DNA of 64,000 nt from Eledone cirrhosa. Taxonomy: Eukaryota. The stretch lies in contig OZ024741.1 in NCBI GenBank assembly GCA_964016885.1, positions 157,294,001-157,358,000 of the forward strand. Direction: 5' to 3'. The number at the start of each line of letters is the position of its first letter. The first letter of the stretch is position 1. A program made the translations under genes and the position numbers. The notes below the pieces were generated by a model, which was given only the letters and a program-made list of their open reading frames with translations, was not told the DNA's origin and did not search any database. Below, in pieces: positions 61,547 to 64,000 of the stretch.

Positions 61547-63692
61547 TCCCCAGATCTGTTAAAAATACTATAGTGAACTCTGTTCAAGAAAGAATTTCAA
61601 GAATTTCATCTAATAAAAATATATTTGATGAAAAAGCGCAGTATTACAACGAAGCGTTAGGTAGAGCTGGATATAGAAATGAAATTAAATACATTGATAA
61701 TAATAATAATAAGCAAACTAACCAAAATAATAACAATTTTAATTATGGTAACAACTTTAGCAACTATAATAGAAAACATTACAATAATTCCAAAAGCCGA
61801 AAAAGAAATAGAACTAGAAACATATTATGGTTTTCTCCCCCTTTCTCACTAAATATTAAAACCCCTATTGTTAAACTATTCTTTAAAGTTCTTGACAAAC
61901 GCTTCCCTAGAACACATAAATATTACTCAATTTTTAATAGACACACTATAAAATTAACTTACTCGTCCACCAAAAATTTAGCACAAAATATTAATAGAAT
62001 TAATAATAGAAATTTAAAACCTAACCAAAATACCAATAATAACCCAAGCAATATTCAATTGAATAACTGTAACTGTAGAAATAAATCTAACTGTCCGTTA
62101 AATAACAACTGCTTAGCTAAAAATGTAGTGTACAATTGTAATGTTAAAACTAATTTAAATTCGTTTAACTATGTTGGTTCTACCTCGACTGAATTTAAAT
62201 TTCGCTTCAATAATCTTAAAAATTCTTTCACAGATCCAAAGAAAAAATCTTCAACTTCGCTATCTAGCCTACTATGGGACCTAAAACGAGATAATGTTAA
62301 ATATTCGATGACTTGGAATATTATTTCACAAGCTACTCCTTTTAATTCCTCTTCAGAAAATTGTGATCTTTGTATTGAAGAAATATTCTTTATATTAAAG
62401 TCCAAAAATTCCCTTAATTTAAGGAACAATTTATTCAGTTGCTGCAGACATAGATTGAACTCAACGTTTAAATATAAATATAAATTTAAAATGTAGTTTA
62501 ATTAATTAATTAATTAAGTAATTTAGTTAATATATGTAACCTGTCGATAAATCATTAGATTCCTTCACCTTTTTCCTTTTCTTTGGTTAAGTACCCAAGT
62601 ATAAATTTTCTTCATAAATATAATTTTAAATATAATAAACTATTCTAGAAAAGTTTATCCTTTCAATATCTTGAATAAAACATACGTAAGATAAATTTCT
62701 ATACTAAACATATTATTTTAGCTTAAAATATTCTAAAATATTTTAAGAGTTTTTAAAATTTTTTTTTTAATTTTTGGAATTTTTAAAATTTTTTTTAAAT
62801 TTTAAAAAATTTTTTAAATTTTTTTTATTTTTAAACTTTTTAATATTTAAAAAAAAAAATTTTATTTTTTTTTTTTTATTAAAACTTTTTAATATTTTGA
62901 TACTGTAGAATCCTTGTTTTTTAAGTTATATTGATATAATATTTTATTTTTTATTAGATTTATTTTTTATTAGATTCATTTTATTTATTTTTTTATTAGA
63001 TTCATTTTATTTTTTATTTTTATTAGATTTGTTTTTATTAGATTCATTTTATTTTTTATTTTTATTAGATTTGTTTTTATTAGATTTGTTTTTATTCTGA
63101 TAGCTTCTCATAATTTTCAAAAGTTTGTCCTTTCAATATCTTGATTAAAATATACGTAAGATTAATTTCTATACTAAATATATTAAACATATTATTTTAA
63201 CTTAAAATATTCTATAATATTTTGGGATATTTTAGTATTTTGATATTTGTAGAATTCGTTTGCCTTTTAATATGACATAACTTAAGGTTTTCGTTCTCTC
63301 TCCCCTCTCTCTATCTCTATATATCTCTCTCTGGATTTTTTCTCTGTCTGATGGTTTGATATCTCCCCGTTATTTTTCCTGTTTTCTTTTCTTTTTGCTT
63401 TCTTCTTTTTCTTTATCTATCTCTCCCTTTCTTTTCTCCACGTTTTCTCTCTGTCTCTCCATCTTTTTACTTACTCTTAACACTATGACGTACTAAAGTA
63501 AACAAATCACTATCCTGATGGCCTCCAAAAACAACGGTCAATTTTTAAAGGGGTACGTCAATGTCTATTTATAAAACTGTTATATATTGTATTTTGTCTG
63601 ATGAAGGCATACCATAATGTAACTTGGTATCCTTGAAATATATATAATGAAATAAATATGATTTATAAATATAGTTTCCATTTATTAATATC
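61547..63692 (+). mobile_element. Naiad-like PLE 3' portion (thumb, GIY-YIG, 3' UTR/pLTR)
   Basis: Open frame to 62496 with IFNRHTIKLTYS, CNCRNKSNCPL..C, VVY...YVGST..FKFRF, CDLC..E and CRH; terminal HHR, then a TA tract. Confidence 0.88.
63590..63654 (+). ncRNA. Type I hammerhead ribozyme with extended stem II
   Basis: UAUUUUGU-CUGAUGA-AGGCAUACCA(10 nt)UGGUAUCCUU-GAA-AUAUAUAU-A/AUGAAAUA; cleavage predicted after 63646. Confidence 0.75.
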
Positions 63693-63879
63693 GTATATAC
63701 ATATATATATACATATATATATATACATATATACATACATATATACATACATATATACATACATATATACATACATATATACATACATATATACATATAT
63801 ACATACATATATACATATATACATACATACATATATACATACATATATACATATATACATACATACATATATACATACA

Positions 63880-63915
<36 letters not shown>

Positions 63916-64000
63916 TACATACATATACATATATATATACATATATATATATATATACATATACATATACATATACATATATATATACATATATATATAC
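63693..64000. repeat. TA/TACA microsatellite
   Basis: Direct reading. Confidence 0.97.

Overview
AT-rich, repeat-dominated animal genomic DNA, most likely an octopus or other cephalopod (inferred from the SINE/LINE repertoire and the very long TA/TACA microsatellites). The only host gene I can support is a spliced class A GPCR on the minus strand (coding exons 5483-6319 and 4064-4187), which has an atypical HKY motif in place of DRY. The rest is transposon debris: CR1/L2, RTE and R4/Dong LINE fragments, tRNA-derived SINEs, a mariner derivative, MITEs, a 5S rRNA pseudogene, minisatellites and at least three clades of Penelope-like retroelements (PLEs), one of them near full length. The most striking signal, read by eye, is an unusually dense and diverse set of type I hammerhead ribozymes. 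I count 13 with intact cores, from six unrelated families, plus several decayed ones. Many sit in short palindromic cassettes carrying one ribozyme on each strand, embedded in (TA)n tracts. Nearly all long ORFs in the track are microsatellite artefacts.
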